DNA of 64,000 nucleotides from Candidatus Poribacteria bacterium (GCA_965208425.1 OZ242335.1:188544-252543); one strand, 5' to 3'. Shown: positions 1 through 10,836, numbered from the stretch's first letter. Numbers and translations are program-made. Notes: generated from the letters alone by a model not told the origin.

Positions 1-790
1 TCAAGAAAATCTGTCGGGACCATGGAGCGATTCCAGCCACTGCCGCATTTGCAACTGATTCCGTTTGCCAAATAACGATGTCTTTGTATTTGATATTGTC
101 TCGGAGAGCCAATCGGTGGAGTCTGTTCCTCAGATTAACATCTTTCAGCGGGGTCGTCCGCCAGATGAGACCCAATAGCAAAGGTGCGTAGATGTATCCT
201 AAAAAAATCAGCGACATCATGAGCGCGACGGGTAAGTATGTGCGATCAGCGAGAAACGGGATACGTGCGATCAGATCTAGCAAGGACAGGTAAATGAATA
301 ACGGCAATACTGGCAGTAGCAGAAATTTTAGATGGACACTGAGATATTCCCCCCTTTGCCAGTTACTTGACGTTATCTGCTGCTCAACTTCATAAAGCGC
401 GAGGCGGATAAGCATTAGTCCGGCAATCAACGGAACAATTCCTACAAGGTGCTTTGTATAAATTAACGGGACCCATTCCAACGTCTTGCTGGTTAACAAT
501 GGCAGATTCAACAGGTATACATCACAAATATAACCAATCAAGAGAAGACATTCAAAGACAATCACAGACTTTTTGAGGAGGTACACTCGACGCAGCCGGA
601 CGTCCTGATTGGTCGGCAGTGCGCGTGTTGCGTAAAATCCCAGAAAATAAACAAGGGTCGATGGAACGATGATTATTGCGATCGTGACGATCAGGGTGAG
701 TAGTTGATTAAACTCACCAACTCCCTGCGAGGGTTCAAAGAAAAATAGAAAAATCAACCCTGCTATTAAAACGATGCTAATTTGGCCCAT
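1..790 (-). CDS. M48-family (Ste24/HtpX-like) membrane zinc metalloprotease, N-terminal portion; gene runs off the window start
   Basis: I translated the minus strand myself from the ATG at 788-790 (MGQISIVLIAGLIFLFF...). It gives several hydrophobic TM segments, then ...PLKDVNLRNRLHRLALRDNIKYKDIVIWQTESVANAAVAG, which resembles the segment just before the HExxH motif of M48 peptidases. There is no stop before position 1. This ORF is absent from the supplied track because it is open-ended. Confidence 0.5.
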   Translation of the reverse strand, partial: MGQISIVLIAGLIFLFFFEPSQGVGEFNQLLTLIVTIAIIIVPSTLVYFLGFYATRALPTNQDVRLRRVYLLKKSVIVFECLLLIGYICDVYLLNLPLLTSKTLEWVPLIYTKHLVGIVPLIAGLMLIRLALYEVEQQITSSNWQRGEYLSVHLKFLLLPVLPLFIYLSLLDLIARIPFLADRTYLPVALMMSLIFLGYIYAPLLLGLIWRTTPLKDVNLRNRLHRLALRDNIKYKDIVIWQTESVANAAVAGIAPWSRQIFL

Positions 791-814
791 TGCTATATTC
801 CTGACTGGAATTTA

Positions 815-978
815 TAGTGGATCTTAGAATTAATGAGACACTCCAAACCGGGGGGTTAGGAAAACGAAACTACCGTTTTGGTAGGCGCTGTTTCTAACTG
901 CGCCGATTCGGTGCGGTTGAAAACCGCACCTACCGGGGACAAAAGTGTCTATTTATTTTTAGAATTCACCATAATTGA
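815..978. mobile_element. MITE family 1 copy, ~165 bp, with imperfect TIRs (tggtagatcttagaattaatgagacact ... agtgtctatttatttttagaattcacca)
   Basis: Sequence recurs at least 11 times in the window in both orientations. Internal inverted segment ggtaggcgctgtttctaactgcgcc. No ORF. Intergenic placement. Confidence 0.7.
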
Positions 979-1113
979 AATATATCGCCGGTATTCTATC
1001 ACAGCGGGGTTTACGAAGTCAAACCAAAACCCAGTAGAGGTCAGAAAGCTGTTGACAGGAGACATCGGGTTATTTATAATCCTAAAAATCAGAATTCGAA
1101 GGAGGTATCAACA

Positions 1114-1953
1114 ATGCAGATAACCGCTCCTACCTTGCCAACCATCTCACTTGGTCCGCACCAAGTAAGTCGACTCATCATCGGTGACAACCCAATCTAC
1201 GGCTATTCGCATTTCAATCAACTTCTTGCTAAGCACCAACAGGAGGCACACGCACCGAGTTCGGTGATAGAGACATTGAGACGCGCTGAAGCCGTCGGGA
1301 TCAACACTTGGCAGAACACAATCACGGAGCGTTCACTCTCCGATCTGCTTCGTTATCGGGAAGAAGGTGGCACGATTCAGTGGCTATGCCTCAGTACCTC
1401 ACAATGGTACGATGAACCGCACCATATCGCAGAAGTTGCACGTCATAATCCGATCGGTATGGCACCCCACGGCGGTGGCATCGGCGATCGCTGTCTTCGT
1501 GAAAACAAGCTTGATCTGCTTAAAGACATCCTCAAGCGGATTCGGGATACCGGCGTTTTGGTCGGTTTGTCTGCCCACGACCCCCAACTTATCGGCATCG
1601 CAGAGGACGAGGATTGGGATATCGATTACTATATGGCTGCTCTTTACAATCTGCGTGGGGGAAGAGAGGAGTTTGAGGAGAAGTTTGGTTACTCGCCGTT
1701 GGGAGAGGTCTATCTACGTGAGCACCGTCCCAAGATGTGTGAGCAGATCTTGCAAACAGACAAACCGTGTATTGTTTTCAAGGTACTCGCTGCAGGTCGA
1801 GCGGTTGGATCGAAGGAACAGATTCGCGAAGAATTTGCGTTCGCATTGAAAAACATCAAACCCAACGATGCCCTGCTCATCGGCATGTATCAGAAGTTCG
1901 GGGACCAGATCGGTGAGAACGCTGCGATGATTGCTGAGCTCTGTCAAGAGTGA
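1114..1953 (+). CDS. hypothetical protein (279 aa)
   Basis: Long ORF with a strong SD (gaaggaggt) 7-8 nt upstream of the ATG. I do not recognise a family. Confidence 0.65.
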   Translation: MQITAPTLPTISLGPHQVSRLIIGDNPIYGYSHFNQLLAKHQQEAHAPSSVIETLRRAEAVGINTWQNTITERSLSDLLRYREEGGTIQWLCLSTSQWYDEPHHIAEVARHNPIGMAPHGGGIGDRCLRENKLDLLKDILKRIRDTGVLVGLSAHDPQLIGIAEDEDWDIDYYMAALYNLRGGREEFEEKFGYSPLGEVYLREHRPKMCEQILQTDKPCIVFKVLAAGRAVGSKEQIREEFAFALKNIKPNDALLIGMYQKFGDQIGENAAMIAELCQE

Positions 1954-2145
1954 TGCGCTGCCAATGAACACAAGTTGCCACCGAAACAAAGCTTCAGCGG
2001 AGCGATAGGGGTGCAGGGAATAACGATTTCATTTGATCTGAGTGTTCATGATTTTAATGAACCAATGAACTCGTGAAAAAATAAGTGTTTCTCACGTCTC
2101 ACGCTCTTAGCATTTTGCACTTTCTTTTGATATGTATCTCCTTCT

Positions 2146-2913
2146 TTAACGTGCCATCCAACCCCCATCGACAGGCAGAATATGTCCATGGACATACGAA
2201 GCAGCCTCAGATGCGAGAAAGACCGCCGCGCCTGCGATATCATCAGGCGTGCCAAACTTACCCGCTGGGATTCGATCCATAAATTCCGCCACTCGCACCG
2301 GATCATTCAGAATCGCACTTGTCATGTCGGTTTTGATATATCCCGGTGCGAGTGCATTCACATTAATCCCTTTTGACGCCCATTCATTGGCAAGTGCTTT
2401 CGTTAACTGTGCTATACCACCTTTGCTTGCGGCATATGCTGCGGTTCGGATACCACCGGAAAAACTCAACAGCGATGCAATATTAATAATCTTCCCACTG
2501 CCACGCTCGACCATGCCTCGTCCAACCTGTTGGGAGAGCAGCCACACCGACTTCAGGTTGACCCGTATCACATCATCCCACCGATCTTCAGGAAAATCGA
2601 CGACAGCATCACGATGCGTTGTACCGGCATTGTTGACCAAAATATCAATCTGTCCATAAGACGCGTTCACCGCTGCAACCAAATCCGGAATGTTCTCTGT
2701 TTCGTTCATATCACAAGGAAAAATCTCCGCTTGAACGCCAAGAGCTTGTATCTCCTCCCGAGCCTCAATGAGTGTCGATTCGGATCTTGCAACAAGTGCG
2801 AGGTCCGCCCCGGCCCTCGCGAAACCAACCGCGATGCCTTTACCAATCCCTCGGCTTGCCCCGGTAACCAGCGCCACCTGTCCCTCTAGTGAAAAAAGAT
2901 GTGAAATTGTCAT
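2146..2913 (-). CDS. short-chain dehydrogenase/reductase (KduD / 3-oxoacyl-ACP reductase-like)
   Basis: TGASRGIG cofactor motif, NNAG, and the catalytic S...YAASK tetrad. 255 aa. AGGAGG-type SD upstream. Confidence 0.9.
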   Translation of the reverse strand: MTISHLFSLEGQVALVTGASRGIGKGIAVGFARAGADLALVARSESTLIEAREEIQALGVQAEIFPCDMNETENIPDLVAAVNASYGQIDILVNNAGTTHRDAVVDFPEDRWDDVIRVNLKSVWLLSQQVGRGMVERGSGKIINIASLLSFSGGIRTAAYAASKGGIAQLTKALANEWASKGINVNALAPGYIKTDMTSAILNDPVRVAEFMDRIPAGKFGTPDDIAGAAVFLASEAASYVHGHILPVDGGWMAR

Positions 2914-2954
2914 ACTCTTTCCCTCCTAATCGTAAATTTCCAGACTTGACCATA

Positions 2955-3148
2955 ACTATAGTAAATGCTAAAAATAAATAAACACTTTCGCTCCCCGGTA
3001 GGTGCGGTCCGATAAATCGTGACCAGGGTTTCCAACGGCACCGCATAGGCGCAGTTAGAAACAGTGCCTACCAAACCGGAGAACGGTAGTTTCGTTTTCC
3101 TAACCGCACCGGTTTGGCGTGTCCCATTAATTCTAAGGTCCACTATAC
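2955..3148. mobile_element. MITE family 1 copy, full length, inverse orientation
   Basis: ctaaaaataaataaacact ... ggtttggcgtgtcccattaattctaaggtccactata; same element as 815-978. Confidence 0.7.
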
Positions 3149-3248
3149 TTAACGCTTGACACGGTAAAACAGGCATCGGTATAATAACATAAGTTCGCAT
3201 TTTCCACCATCGCCCGTCTGCAAATACAACTTCACAGAGGAAAATATC

Positions 3249-4649
3249 GTGAAAAACCGTTGCTTCTTTAGCCTCGTTGTGGGCTTTACGCTGTTTTTTC
3301 TCCTTTTCGCCTGCAGCAAGGCGCAACTCCATCCCGCTGATCCGACCCACAGCGGTGCCACGTCTGGTGTTCAATTGTTAGCATCAATTGAAAATGCCTT
3401 CGTTAGTATTGCTGAAAGGAGTAATCCCGCCGTTGTTGGTGTCACTGCGTCGAGCGTAGAAAGGCGAACAATTCCCCTTAGAAGGTCCGATCGACAGGAG
3501 GGGACGGGGTTTATTTTTCGCAAAGATGGTTATATTTTAACCAATAATCATGTTGTAAGCGGTGCGAAGCAGATTACGGTTCGCCTATTTGACGGTAGAG
3601 AATTCAAAGATACCCAATTGATTGGGGTTGACCCAAACACGGATGTCGCGGTGTTAAAAATTGATGTGCAGGAAGAACTTCCTGTGCTTCTATTTGGTGA
3701 TTCGGATAGAGTTAAAGTTGGACAGTTTGCAATCGCGATCGGCAACCCATTCCAACTTAATTATACGATGACCACCGGGATTGTCAGTGGAAAGGGACGC
3801 TCACTGTTGCCATCGTTTACGATGCACTATCAAGATTTTATCCAGACTGATGCGTGGATCAACCGGGGAAACAGCGGGGGTCCCTTGCTCAATATACGCG
3901 GAGAAGTCATCGGTATCAACTCTGCGATTCGACGCGCAGATGATGCCCCAACGGCAGACGCAGTCAAAGCGGGTGCCGGTTTCGCAATTCCCATCAATCT
4001 CGTGAAAAAGGTCAGCGACCAGCTCATTGCGAACGGACAGGTGATACGTGGGTGGTTAGGGATTTCTATGGTCCCACATACCGACGGTATTCGGGTAACC
4101 CAATTTCATAGTCCGTCCCCTGCCAGACAGGGTGGTATGGAGGTGGGGGATATCATTGTCGAATACAATATGCAAGAAACGCGAGATGTTCGTAAATTCA
4201 GATTCCTTATTGCCGAGTCAGTGGTTGGTAAGGAAGCATCGTTCACAGTCATTCGCCGCGGCGAGCGCAAAAAACTCTCTATAACGATTGGCAGGATGCC
4301 GTGGCGTTTCACAGGGTTGGCAAGGGAGTCAGATTCGGCATCGTGGACGAAACTGGGCATAGCTGTCCGTGATCTAGCTGCCCACGACTTTGAGCGTTAC
4401 CCCTACTTGAGTCTTGAGGCTGAGGGAGTCATTGTTAAGGATGTACGTCTTGGTGCTCCTGCCCCCAGTGCAAGGGTCGCACTCGGAACATTAATTGTGG
4501 GAATCAACGACCAGCGAATCAAAAACATGGCAGATTACGAAAGAGTGCTGCAAAATGCTCTCAGTAAATCGGAAATCTCTTTTGAAATTAAGAATGCCTA
4601 TACCGACGAAGGAACAGAAACGGTTACGGTTAAATTTAATCAAGAGTGA
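3249..4649 (+). CDS. htrA: HtrA/DegP-family periplasmic serine endoprotease with two PDZ domains; lipoprotein-type signal (LLFAC)
   Basis: Catalytic triad contexts TNNHVV, DVAVLKI and GNSGGPL. GTG start with GAGGA SD. 466 aa. Confidence 0.85.
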   Translation: MKNRCFFSLVVGFTLFFLLFACSKAQLHPADPTHSGATSGVQLLASIENAFVSIAERSNPAVVGVTASSVERRTIPLRRSDRQEGTGFIFRKDGYILTNNHVVSGAKQITVRLFDGREFKDTQLIGVDPNTDVAVLKIDVQEELPVLLFGDSDRVKVGQFAIAIGNPFQLNYTMTTGIVSGKGRSLLPSFTMHYQDFIQTDAWINRGNSGGPLLNIRGEVIGINSAIRRADDAPTADAVKAGAGFAIPINLVKKVSDQLIANGQVIRGWLGISMVPHTDGIRVTQFHSPSPARQGGMEVGDIIVEYNMQETRDVRKFRFLIAESVVGKEASFTVIRRGERKKLSITIGRMPWRFTGLARESDSASWTKLGIAVRDLAAHDFERYPYLSLEAEGVIVKDVRLGAPAPSARVALGTLIVGINDQRIKNMADYERVLQNALSKSEISFEIKNAYTDEGTETVTVKFNQE

Positions 4650-4759
4650 AGCCTCATACCAATTTTTCTTCCCGCGTCGAGCACATGTTTTGGGAACGAT
4701 TGTTAAACAACTCTTGAATGCATCAGTTATCTGACTTTTGGCTTGTATGAGAGGTAGCG

Positions 4760-6757
4760 ATGAAAGAACATCTAGCAAATTTACGGGAAGTCCTTGGTCC
4801 CGATGGATTGATTGCGGAACAGCTAACCGGCTATGAGTTTCGACCACAACAACTTGAGATGGCGGAGGCAGTCGCTAGCGCGCTGTCGTCCGATGAACAC
4901 CTTGTGGTTGAAGCTGGTACAGGTGTCGGTAAAAGTTTCGCCTACCTCCTGCCCGCGATTGATCTCGCACTTAGTACCTACGAGCCGGTAGTAATTTCCA
5001 CCAATACTATCAACCTGCAAGAACAGTTGATTTCCAAAGATATACCGTTTCTGCAGCAGGTCCTCCCACAACCTTTCACCGCTGCACTCGCCAAAGGGCG
5101 TGGAAACTATCTGTCGCGGCGTCGTCTAGACAGCTTGAGGACTTATGAGCGTCCACTATTTGATACGATGGCAGAGGCAGAAGAACTTGATCGTATTGTG
5201 GAGTGGGTTAACGTTACTGAGGACGGAAGTAGGGCGGATCTTGAACCGCAGCCGATGTTTGAAATTTGGAATAAGGTAGCCTCGGATACGGATAATTGCC
5301 TGCGGCAACGATGCCCGACCTACGACACATGCTTCTATTTCAAAGCGAGAGCTCAGGTGAATGAAGCCGACCTGATTATTGTGAATCACCACCTGCTTTT
5401 TGCGGATTGGGCGCTCCGTAAAACCAATCCTTACGCTGCCATACTGCCAGAATATAGATACCTAATCATTGATGAAGCGCATCACCTTGAAGCGACTGCG
5501 ACGGAACACACAAGCGTTGAGTTTAGCAATACGCGGGTCAAGAGGTTTTTGGATTCTCTGTGTAATCCACAAGGGAAGGCAGGGCTATTTATCCGATTCG
5601 AATCAACGGGTTCTATTCGGCTTGTTGAGGACGCGCGAGAGGAGGCGAACCAACAGTTTGATTCAATTATGAGTTGGTTGGATCGGCAGGGGGTGAGAGA
5701 TCGAGGACATGGGGTCACACAAACCGTAGATCAAGCCGATTTCGTGCACAATGTGTTAGATGATCCTTTGGGTGAACTCCAGAGCCGGTTAACGTTGCTG
5801 AGAGATGCAGCAACAACCGAAGACGATCAGCAAGAAATTGAAGCCCATCTGCGTCGCTGCCGTGAACTGCGCAACGACTTAGATGTGATGGTTAGTCACA
5901 CGCTGCCGGATTACGTCTACTGGATTAACACCTCGACACGAGGACGATTTGATCGAGTTGTATTACATGCGACGCCAATCGATGTGAGTGAAGAATTGAA
6001 CACCCACCTGTTTGAAAAACTGGACAGTATCATTATGACCAGTGCGACCCTAGCGACCAACCAGAATTTCGACTACTTTCGGGGACGGGTTGGTTTGTCT
6101 CATTGCCGCGAATTACTTGTCGGATCACCCTTCAACTATCAAGAGCAGGTTGAAATTCATATCCCCTCGCGGATGCCGGATCCACGAGATCGTGCGTTCA
6201 CGCAGGCTGCTACCGCGCAGATCCTGAATTATCTCAAACTAACGCATGGCAAAGCCTTCGTCCTGTTTACAAGCTACCGGATGATGGATGAGGTTTACGA
6301 GGAAGTTCTGCCTTACCTTGAGCAGCTTGGAATTGACGTGCTCAAACAGGGAGAGGGACTTTCGCGCAGCGCGATGTTAACGGAGTTTAGAGAGAATATC
6401 AATTCTGTTCTGTTTGGAACTTCCAGTTTTTGGGAGGGAGTTGATGTGCGGGGTGAATCGCTCAGTAGTGTGATTATTACTAAACTACCCTTTGAAGTCC
6501 CGACACATCCAGTGATAGAGGCGCGGGTCAAGCAGATTGAAAAGCGGGGCGGAAACCCGTTTATGGAGTTTAGCTTGCCAGAAGCGATTATTCGATTCAG
6601 GCAAGGATTTGGACGTTTAATTCGCACACAGACGGACACCGGTATTTTCGTTGCCCTTGATGCACGCATCAAAACTAAGTTTTACGGCAGGCAGTTTTTG
6701 AACTCGCTGCCATCTTGCAAAATTGTAGAGAGCGATTCATTGTACGATAGAATATGA
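4760..6757 (+). CDS. dinG: ATP-dependent DNA helicase, DinG/Rad3 (XPD) family
   Basis: Walker A AGTGVGKS, DEAHH box, and a Cys cluster CLRQRCPTYDTCFYF typical of the Fe-S domain. 665 aa. Confidence 0.85.
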   Translation: MKEHLANLREVLGPDGLIAEQLTGYEFRPQQLEMAEAVASALSSDEHLVVEAGTGVGKSFAYLLPAIDLALSTYEPVVISTNTINLQEQLISKDIPFLQQVLPQPFTAALAKGRGNYLSRRRLDSLRTYERPLFDTMAEAEELDRIVEWVNVTEDGSRADLEPQPMFEIWNKVASDTDNCLRQRCPTYDTCFYFKARAQVNEADLIIVNHHLLFADWALRKTNPYAAILPEYRYLIIDEAHHLEATATEHTSVEFSNTRVKRFLDSLCNPQGKAGLFIRFESTGSIRLVEDAREEANQQFDSIMSWLDRQGVRDRGHGVTQTVDQADFVHNVLDDPLGELQSRLTLLRDAATTEDDQQEIEAHLRRCRELRNDLDVMVSHTLPDYVYWINTSTRGRFDRVVLHATPIDVSEELNTHLFEKLDSIIMTSATLATNQNFDYFRGRVGLSHCRELLVGSPFNYQEQVEIHIPSRMPDPRDRAFTQAATAQILNYLKLTHGKAFVLFTSYRMMDEVYEEVLPYLEQLGIDVLKQGEGLSRSAMLTEFRENINSVLFGTSSFWEGVDVRGESLSSVIITKLPFEVPTHPVIEARVKQIEKRGGNPFMEFSLPEAIIRFRQGFGRLIRTQTDTGIFVALDARIKTKFYGRQFLNSLPSCKIVESDSLYDRI

Positions 6758-6799
6758 CAAGTGATGAACGACTCCATTAGGTTTCACTCATCACTTGTC
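6756..6799. terminator. hairpin between convergent genes (gacaagtgatga ... tcatcacttgtc, 12-bp stem)
   Basis: Perfect 12-bp inverted repeat lying between the stop of dinG (6757) and the stop of the minus-strand lipoprotein gene (6814). The loop is long (~20 nt), so terminator function is uncertain. Confidence 0.3.
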
Positions 6800-6813
6800 G
6801 CTTATCTTCACCG

Positions 6814-7593
6814 TTAGTATCGATGCGGTGCCGGTTGCGCAAGCCGAATCCCTTTATGATGTATGAAGGGAAATTCGTATACTATTCTTTTATAACGAGT
6901 TGCAGTGCCCTCTGGCGGCTTTAACTCAAGCGGAATAATAACGACTAATGTTTCGGCGTTATGCTTCATCTGAGCGAATGGCAGAAAACCCTCAATACTC
7001 TCTCCGGGCGGAATCCCCTTTTCCGAATCTAGAAGCTGTGTTTCTATCAAAATCTCTCTCGCCTTCCTGAGTCCGTTCGTGACATATATCCCCGAAGCGC
7101 GAGACATGAAAGTCAGACGTTCTTTTAGGGCATCAAAATCTAATGACCCGTAACGGTTATCCCCCTGATCTACCATCTCGCAGGGCACTTGGCGGGTACC
7201 CCTGACTCGATATACAACGGGGGTGGCGGCGTTGTTTGTGACTTTCACATAAAAGACATCTGTTTTGTCGCCTTGGTGGAGTGCTTCCGTTTCATAGAAT
7301 GGAGAGTAAGCATTTCCACGATTATACTTGCGATCCAAATCCGCACGACGCCAGTAGACAATCTGAACCGTAATGTTATCTCTAGTCATTGAGAGTATTT
7401 GTCCCGTGGGAGGTCTAATTTTAAATGCGTCTGAATTAATCTCCTCAAGGACAACATTGTCTGGTAGCATCTCAGCCGGTTGAACGGCTGGAAGATTTTT
7501 TAGTGATGTTCCCGTAGTACAGCCAGCAACTAGTAGGATTAATACAAGCAGTCCAGCACTGCCTATCCATGAGTTGCTATTTAATCTTTTCAT
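6814..7593 (-). CDS. hypothetical lipoprotein (signal LLVAGC)
   Basis: 259-aa ORF with an N-terminal signal peptide and lipobox. No family recognised. Confidence 0.6.
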   Translation of the reverse strand: MKRLNSNSWIGSAGLLVLILLVAGCTTGTSLKNLPAVQPAEMLPDNVVLEEINSDAFKIRPPTGQILSMTRDNITVQIVYWRRADLDRKYNRGNAYSPFYETEALHQGDKTDVFYVKVTNNAATPVVYRVRGTRQVPCEMVDQGDNRYGSLDFDALKERLTFMSRASGIYVTNGLRKAREILIETQLLDSEKGIPPGESIEGFLPFAQMKHNAETLVVIIPLELKPPEGTATRYKRIVYEFPFIHHKGIRLAQPAPHRY

Positions 7594-7862
7594 GGTGGAT
7601 TTTACCTCCTTGTTCGTCCATCATCTGTGATGGGCTTTTTAGTAATTAAACATAACTATTTCGGTATTCACGCTCTTGCCTCGGCACCCAGAAACCTATC
7701 AAATTATGTCGAGGCACTTATATTATGTAACCCGACGGTGCCAAAAACTTCTCAATCTGCTAGTATAGCATACCTCTCTTTTTAATTCAAACACAAAATT
7801 GACTCGATTTCTCAGAAAACTATTGAGACATGTAGGCCAACCTTTTCAGCTGTTTCATAAAC

Positions 7863-8690
7863 TTACTGGGTTAGCTTCTCCATTGTTTTCTGATAGCGTT
7901 TCTCCATCTCTGGTTCCTGCAATTGCAGATATTCTCGCTCGGCCCGACGCGCGACCTTTTGTGATGGAGGTTCCGGGATATCGATGACTGCGGTCGAGAT
8001 TTGGTCGTTGCCCCACTTGTAAGCGACAATTTCGCCCTTACTGATGATGAGGTTCATACCGACATTTGCTTCGACGATTGGCACCCCGTTTTCCCGCGCT
8101 CGAGCAAGCACTGCCTCGTTTTGTCCTTTACTCTTCGATCCATAGGATGGGATAAAGATTAGACTTGCCCCATCAAGGACAAGGGTACGCGTAATCATCG
8201 GATTCCATCTATCGTTGCAGATGACAGCCCCAGCACGACCTATCGGTGTATCAAAAGCGCGCAACGTCTTGCCAATACGGTTAAAGTTCCAAGAAGAGTG
8301 CGTGCCTTCAGCGAGTTGTGTCTTGTGATATTTACCACAAATTTCGCCGTTGTGATCGATAAATACGGCACAGTTATAAGCCTCATCGGCGATGCGTTCG
8401 GCAAAACCGAAGCAGAGAGAGATCCCCAACTTTTTGGCAAGCTGCTGAAAACGCTGAATGTAAGGGCCATCAATCGGCTCTGCGATATCAAGCAGCCTCT
8501 CCACCGTTTCCCGATTCTCGATGACCTCCATGACGACATAGCCTTCAAGTACCCCTTCTGTCGTCAAAATCACCTGTGGCTGTTCCTTGGCGGCTTCAAC
8601 AAAAAATGCCTCCATCTTGTCAGCGTTTGCCGCTTTATCCCACTTCTTCGGTTTTATTGAAATTGCTGCGACCTTGACTGAGTTATACAT
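7863..8690 (-). CDS. carbon-nitrogen hydrolase (nitrilase superfamily) protein
   Basis: E...K...C catalytic triad pattern with the Cys in AVICNDRW. 275 aa. Confidence 0.8.
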   Translation of the reverse strand: MYNSVKVAAISIKPKKWDKAANADKMEAFFVEAAKEQPQVILTTEGVLEGYVVMEVIENRETVERLLDIAEPIDGPYIQRFQQLAKKLGISLCFGFAERIADEAYNCAVFIDHNGEICGKYHKTQLAEGTHSSWNFNRIGKTLRAFDTPIGRAGAVICNDRWNPMITRTLVLDGASLIFIPSYGSKSKGQNEAVLARARENGVPIVEANVGMNLIISKGEIVAYKWGNDQISTAVIDIPEPPSQKVARRAEREYLQLQEPEMEKRYQKTMEKLTQ

Positions 8691-8724
8691 GTTTCACCTC
8701 TTTATGTGTGAACGAAGTACCGCT

Positions 8725-9660
8725 TTAGCGGAATGGCCAGTTGCCGGGGTTGAGTTGGTCCGGGCTCACGACGGTCTCTCGCATGGTGTTAAGTATCTCT
8801 GTTGGAAGCGGATCGCACCCTGAAAATGAGACAATTTCCTCCAACTCATGCACTCGACCGGTGCCCACCAACGCGGTGGAAACTGCGGGCTGGGCGAGCA
8901 CAAAACGGTATGCCAATTCCGGCAGACTGCTAGCTTGTGCACCGCACAGTGAATTTACCTTATCGACTACTGTCCGCAACTCGCGGAGTTCGTCAGGAAG
9001 ATGTGTGTAGCGATAGGTCAATGCTCCTTTCAGGAGGACGGACCGGATAACGACCCCTATATCGTTTGCCTTAGCTAGTGGCAACACCCGTTCTTCAAAC
9101 TGACGGTCTAAAAGATTGTAGGCAACTTGCACGCAGTCGAAACGGTCATCTGCTAACACGGCTAGTGGTGCAGCTTCGCCATAGGTGGTCGTGCCAATGA
9201 AGCGAGCGTACCCCGCTTTTTGCGCTCGCTGCATGATCTCTGCAATTTCCCCACATTGAATGAGTTCGGGAGTGGCATTGTGAATATAGAGGAGATCAAT
9301 GGTGTCCGTCTGTAGCGTTCGCAGGGATTCGGCGATTGATGTTTCCACCTGTTCTCGCAACTCCTTGCCGGTATAACTCTCCCAATTTGAGGAGGAAATC
9401 TTTGTCGCAAGAAGATATTCGGCCCGACGCGATTTCAATGCCCGTCCAATAATGGCTTCGCTCTCTCTATAAGCCCGTGCAGTATCAATTAAATTGACAC
9501 CTAAATCGAGTGCGCAGTTGAGTGTACGTGCAGCATCTGCCTCGGACGGTTGTAGATGGTCTCCCTGCGCGGGAATACCGTAGTCCATGCCTAGCTCTAC
9601 CGTTCCTAGTGAAATCTCCGATACTTGCAGGTTAGTTCGTCCTAAACGTCGATAGTTCAT
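8725..9660 (-). CDS. aldo/keto reductase
   Basis: Typical AKR N-terminus (RRLGRTNLQVSEISLGT), DTARAY, and a C-terminal NAD(P)-binding region. 311 aa. Confidence 0.85.
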   Translation of the reverse strand: MNYRRLGRTNLQVSEISLGTVELGMDYGIPAQGDHLQPSEADAARTLNCALDLGVNLIDTARAYRESEAIIGRALKSRRAEYLLATKISSSNWESYTGKELREQVETSIAESLRTLQTDTIDLLYIHNATPELIQCGEIAEIMQRAQKAGYARFIGTTTYGEAAPLAVLADDRFDCVQVAYNLLDRQFEERVLPLAKANDIGVVIRSVLLKGALTYRYTHLPDELRELRTVVDKVNSLCGAQASSLPELAYRFVLAQPAVSTALVGTGRVHELEEIVSFSGCDPLPTEILNTMRETVVSPDQLNPGNWPFR

Positions 9661-9774
9661 GGTGGTAATTTGGTTGGAATCGTCAAGAAGAATTTAGTAT
9701 ACTTGCAGGGACATTTAGCTCTCCTGTAGGAGGAATCTCCCGGTTGCGACTTTTCAAACAAAATGGTTAAAAAG

Positions 9775-9860
9775 CTGTAAACTATGGTAGATTTTAGAAT
9801 TAATGGAACACTATGAACGAGCCCTGATAGATCGGGGGTCGCAGAGTTGCGGCACACGGA
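9775..9860. repeat. MITE family 1, partial and divergent copy
   Basis: tggtagattttagaattaatggaacact... left end only. Confidence 0.4.
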
Positions 9861-9959
9861 GTGTGCCTATACTATTGATGTCTGCTTATTTATCTAATTC
9901 ATCATAAATAGCCCTAAGTATATTTGTGTGTCTTAAAATTTCAAAGGAGAAATACAACT

Positions 9960-10349
9960 GTGCATTTTAGAATTTGGCTTGTTTGTGTTGCGTGTTTTAT
10001 GGCGACTTTTGTTACCTTTAGCTGTGGAATCGTCGGTGATGGCGATCCAGCTATCTACCTCGTTAACGATGGCAGAAGAGAGGGTTATTTAAGTTTTTAC
10101 CTCCAGTCTGACAAATCCCTTGAACATGACACCGTCGTTTTAATTCGTATCGAAGCGGAGCTAGGCGGGCATTGGTTTACTAGTGAACAGTTCATACTCT
10201 TTTTCGCAGGAAGAGTTCAATCTTGGGTATTTGAGGTACACAACACTATCAATATAACAATAGATTCTCCAACACCTGAGACGCGTTTCTGGAAAAATAA
10301 AGGTAACAATACTGCCCGTAGAAGAACGGCTGAATATCGAGCTTCCTAA
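9960..10349 (+). CDS. hypothetical small lipoprotein
   Basis: GTG at 9960 preceded by AGGAG. The signal peptide ends in the lipobox FSCG. The track ORF 9924..10349 starts upstream with no RBS. Confidence 0.45.
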   Translation: MHFRIWLVCVACFMATFVTFSCGIVGDGDPAIYLVNDGRREGYLSFYLQSDKSLEHDTVVLIRIEAELGGHWFTSEQFILFFAGRVQSWVFEVHNTINITIDSPTPETRFWKNKGNNTARRRTAEYRAS

Positions 10350-10492
10350 GAAAGCTTGGTACAAGGGTAATTTCTTGAACAAGGGTGGTTCTGATACCTA
10401 TGAGGAAATTCCTGTCCGGCACAAATTCCAACCCTACAAGGTTGGTGAACCGTCAGTGCTTTTCAGTGAGCCCCAAAAATGACCTTCATTCA

Positions 10493-10603
10493 ATTATAGT
10501 AGATTTTAGAATTAATGAGACACTCCAAATCGGCGCAGTTGGAAACAGCGCCTACCAGGTGGGGCGAAAGCGTCTGTTTATTTTTAGAATTCACTATAGA
10601 TAT
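10493..10603. mobile_element. MITE family 1, short (~110 bp) form
   Basis: tttagaattaatgagacactccaaatcgg ... cgtctgtttatttttagaattcac. Confidence 0.6.
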
Positions 10604-10611
10604 GGCGAGTA

Positions 10612-10836
10612 TTACAGCCACCTGTCATCAAATCCTATTTTTGTAACATGACCCGCCTTAATGTCAGCGCGGACTTTTTCAGCAAGTCGAGCGAGTTTAT
10701 CTTGTGATGCGGCAAAAGCCTCATCCCATTGCTGTTCATCTTCCAGTTCTTCGAGAATCACAGCCGCAATAGCATCCTGCTTTTCAGGCGGCAGTTTATA
10801 AACTGCGATGAGTGCTTTTTCAAGAAGTTGGGTCAT
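10612..10836 (-). CDS. small hypothetical protein (74 aa), resembles 'putative addiction-module component' small acidic proteins
   Basis: ORF with a GGAAAGG RBS. Sequence LPPEKQDAIAAVILEELEDEQQWDE. No partner toxin gene is visible; a MITE lies downstream. Confidence 0.4.
   Translation of the reverse strand: MTQLLEKALIAVYKLPPEKQDAIAAVILEELEDEQQWDEAFAASQDKLARLAEKVRADIKAGHVTKIGFDDRWL

Noticed and set aside
10385-10651. 88-aa plus-strand ORF
   Set aside because: Spans a MITE1 copy and the 3' end of the convergent gene 10612..10836. No RBS.
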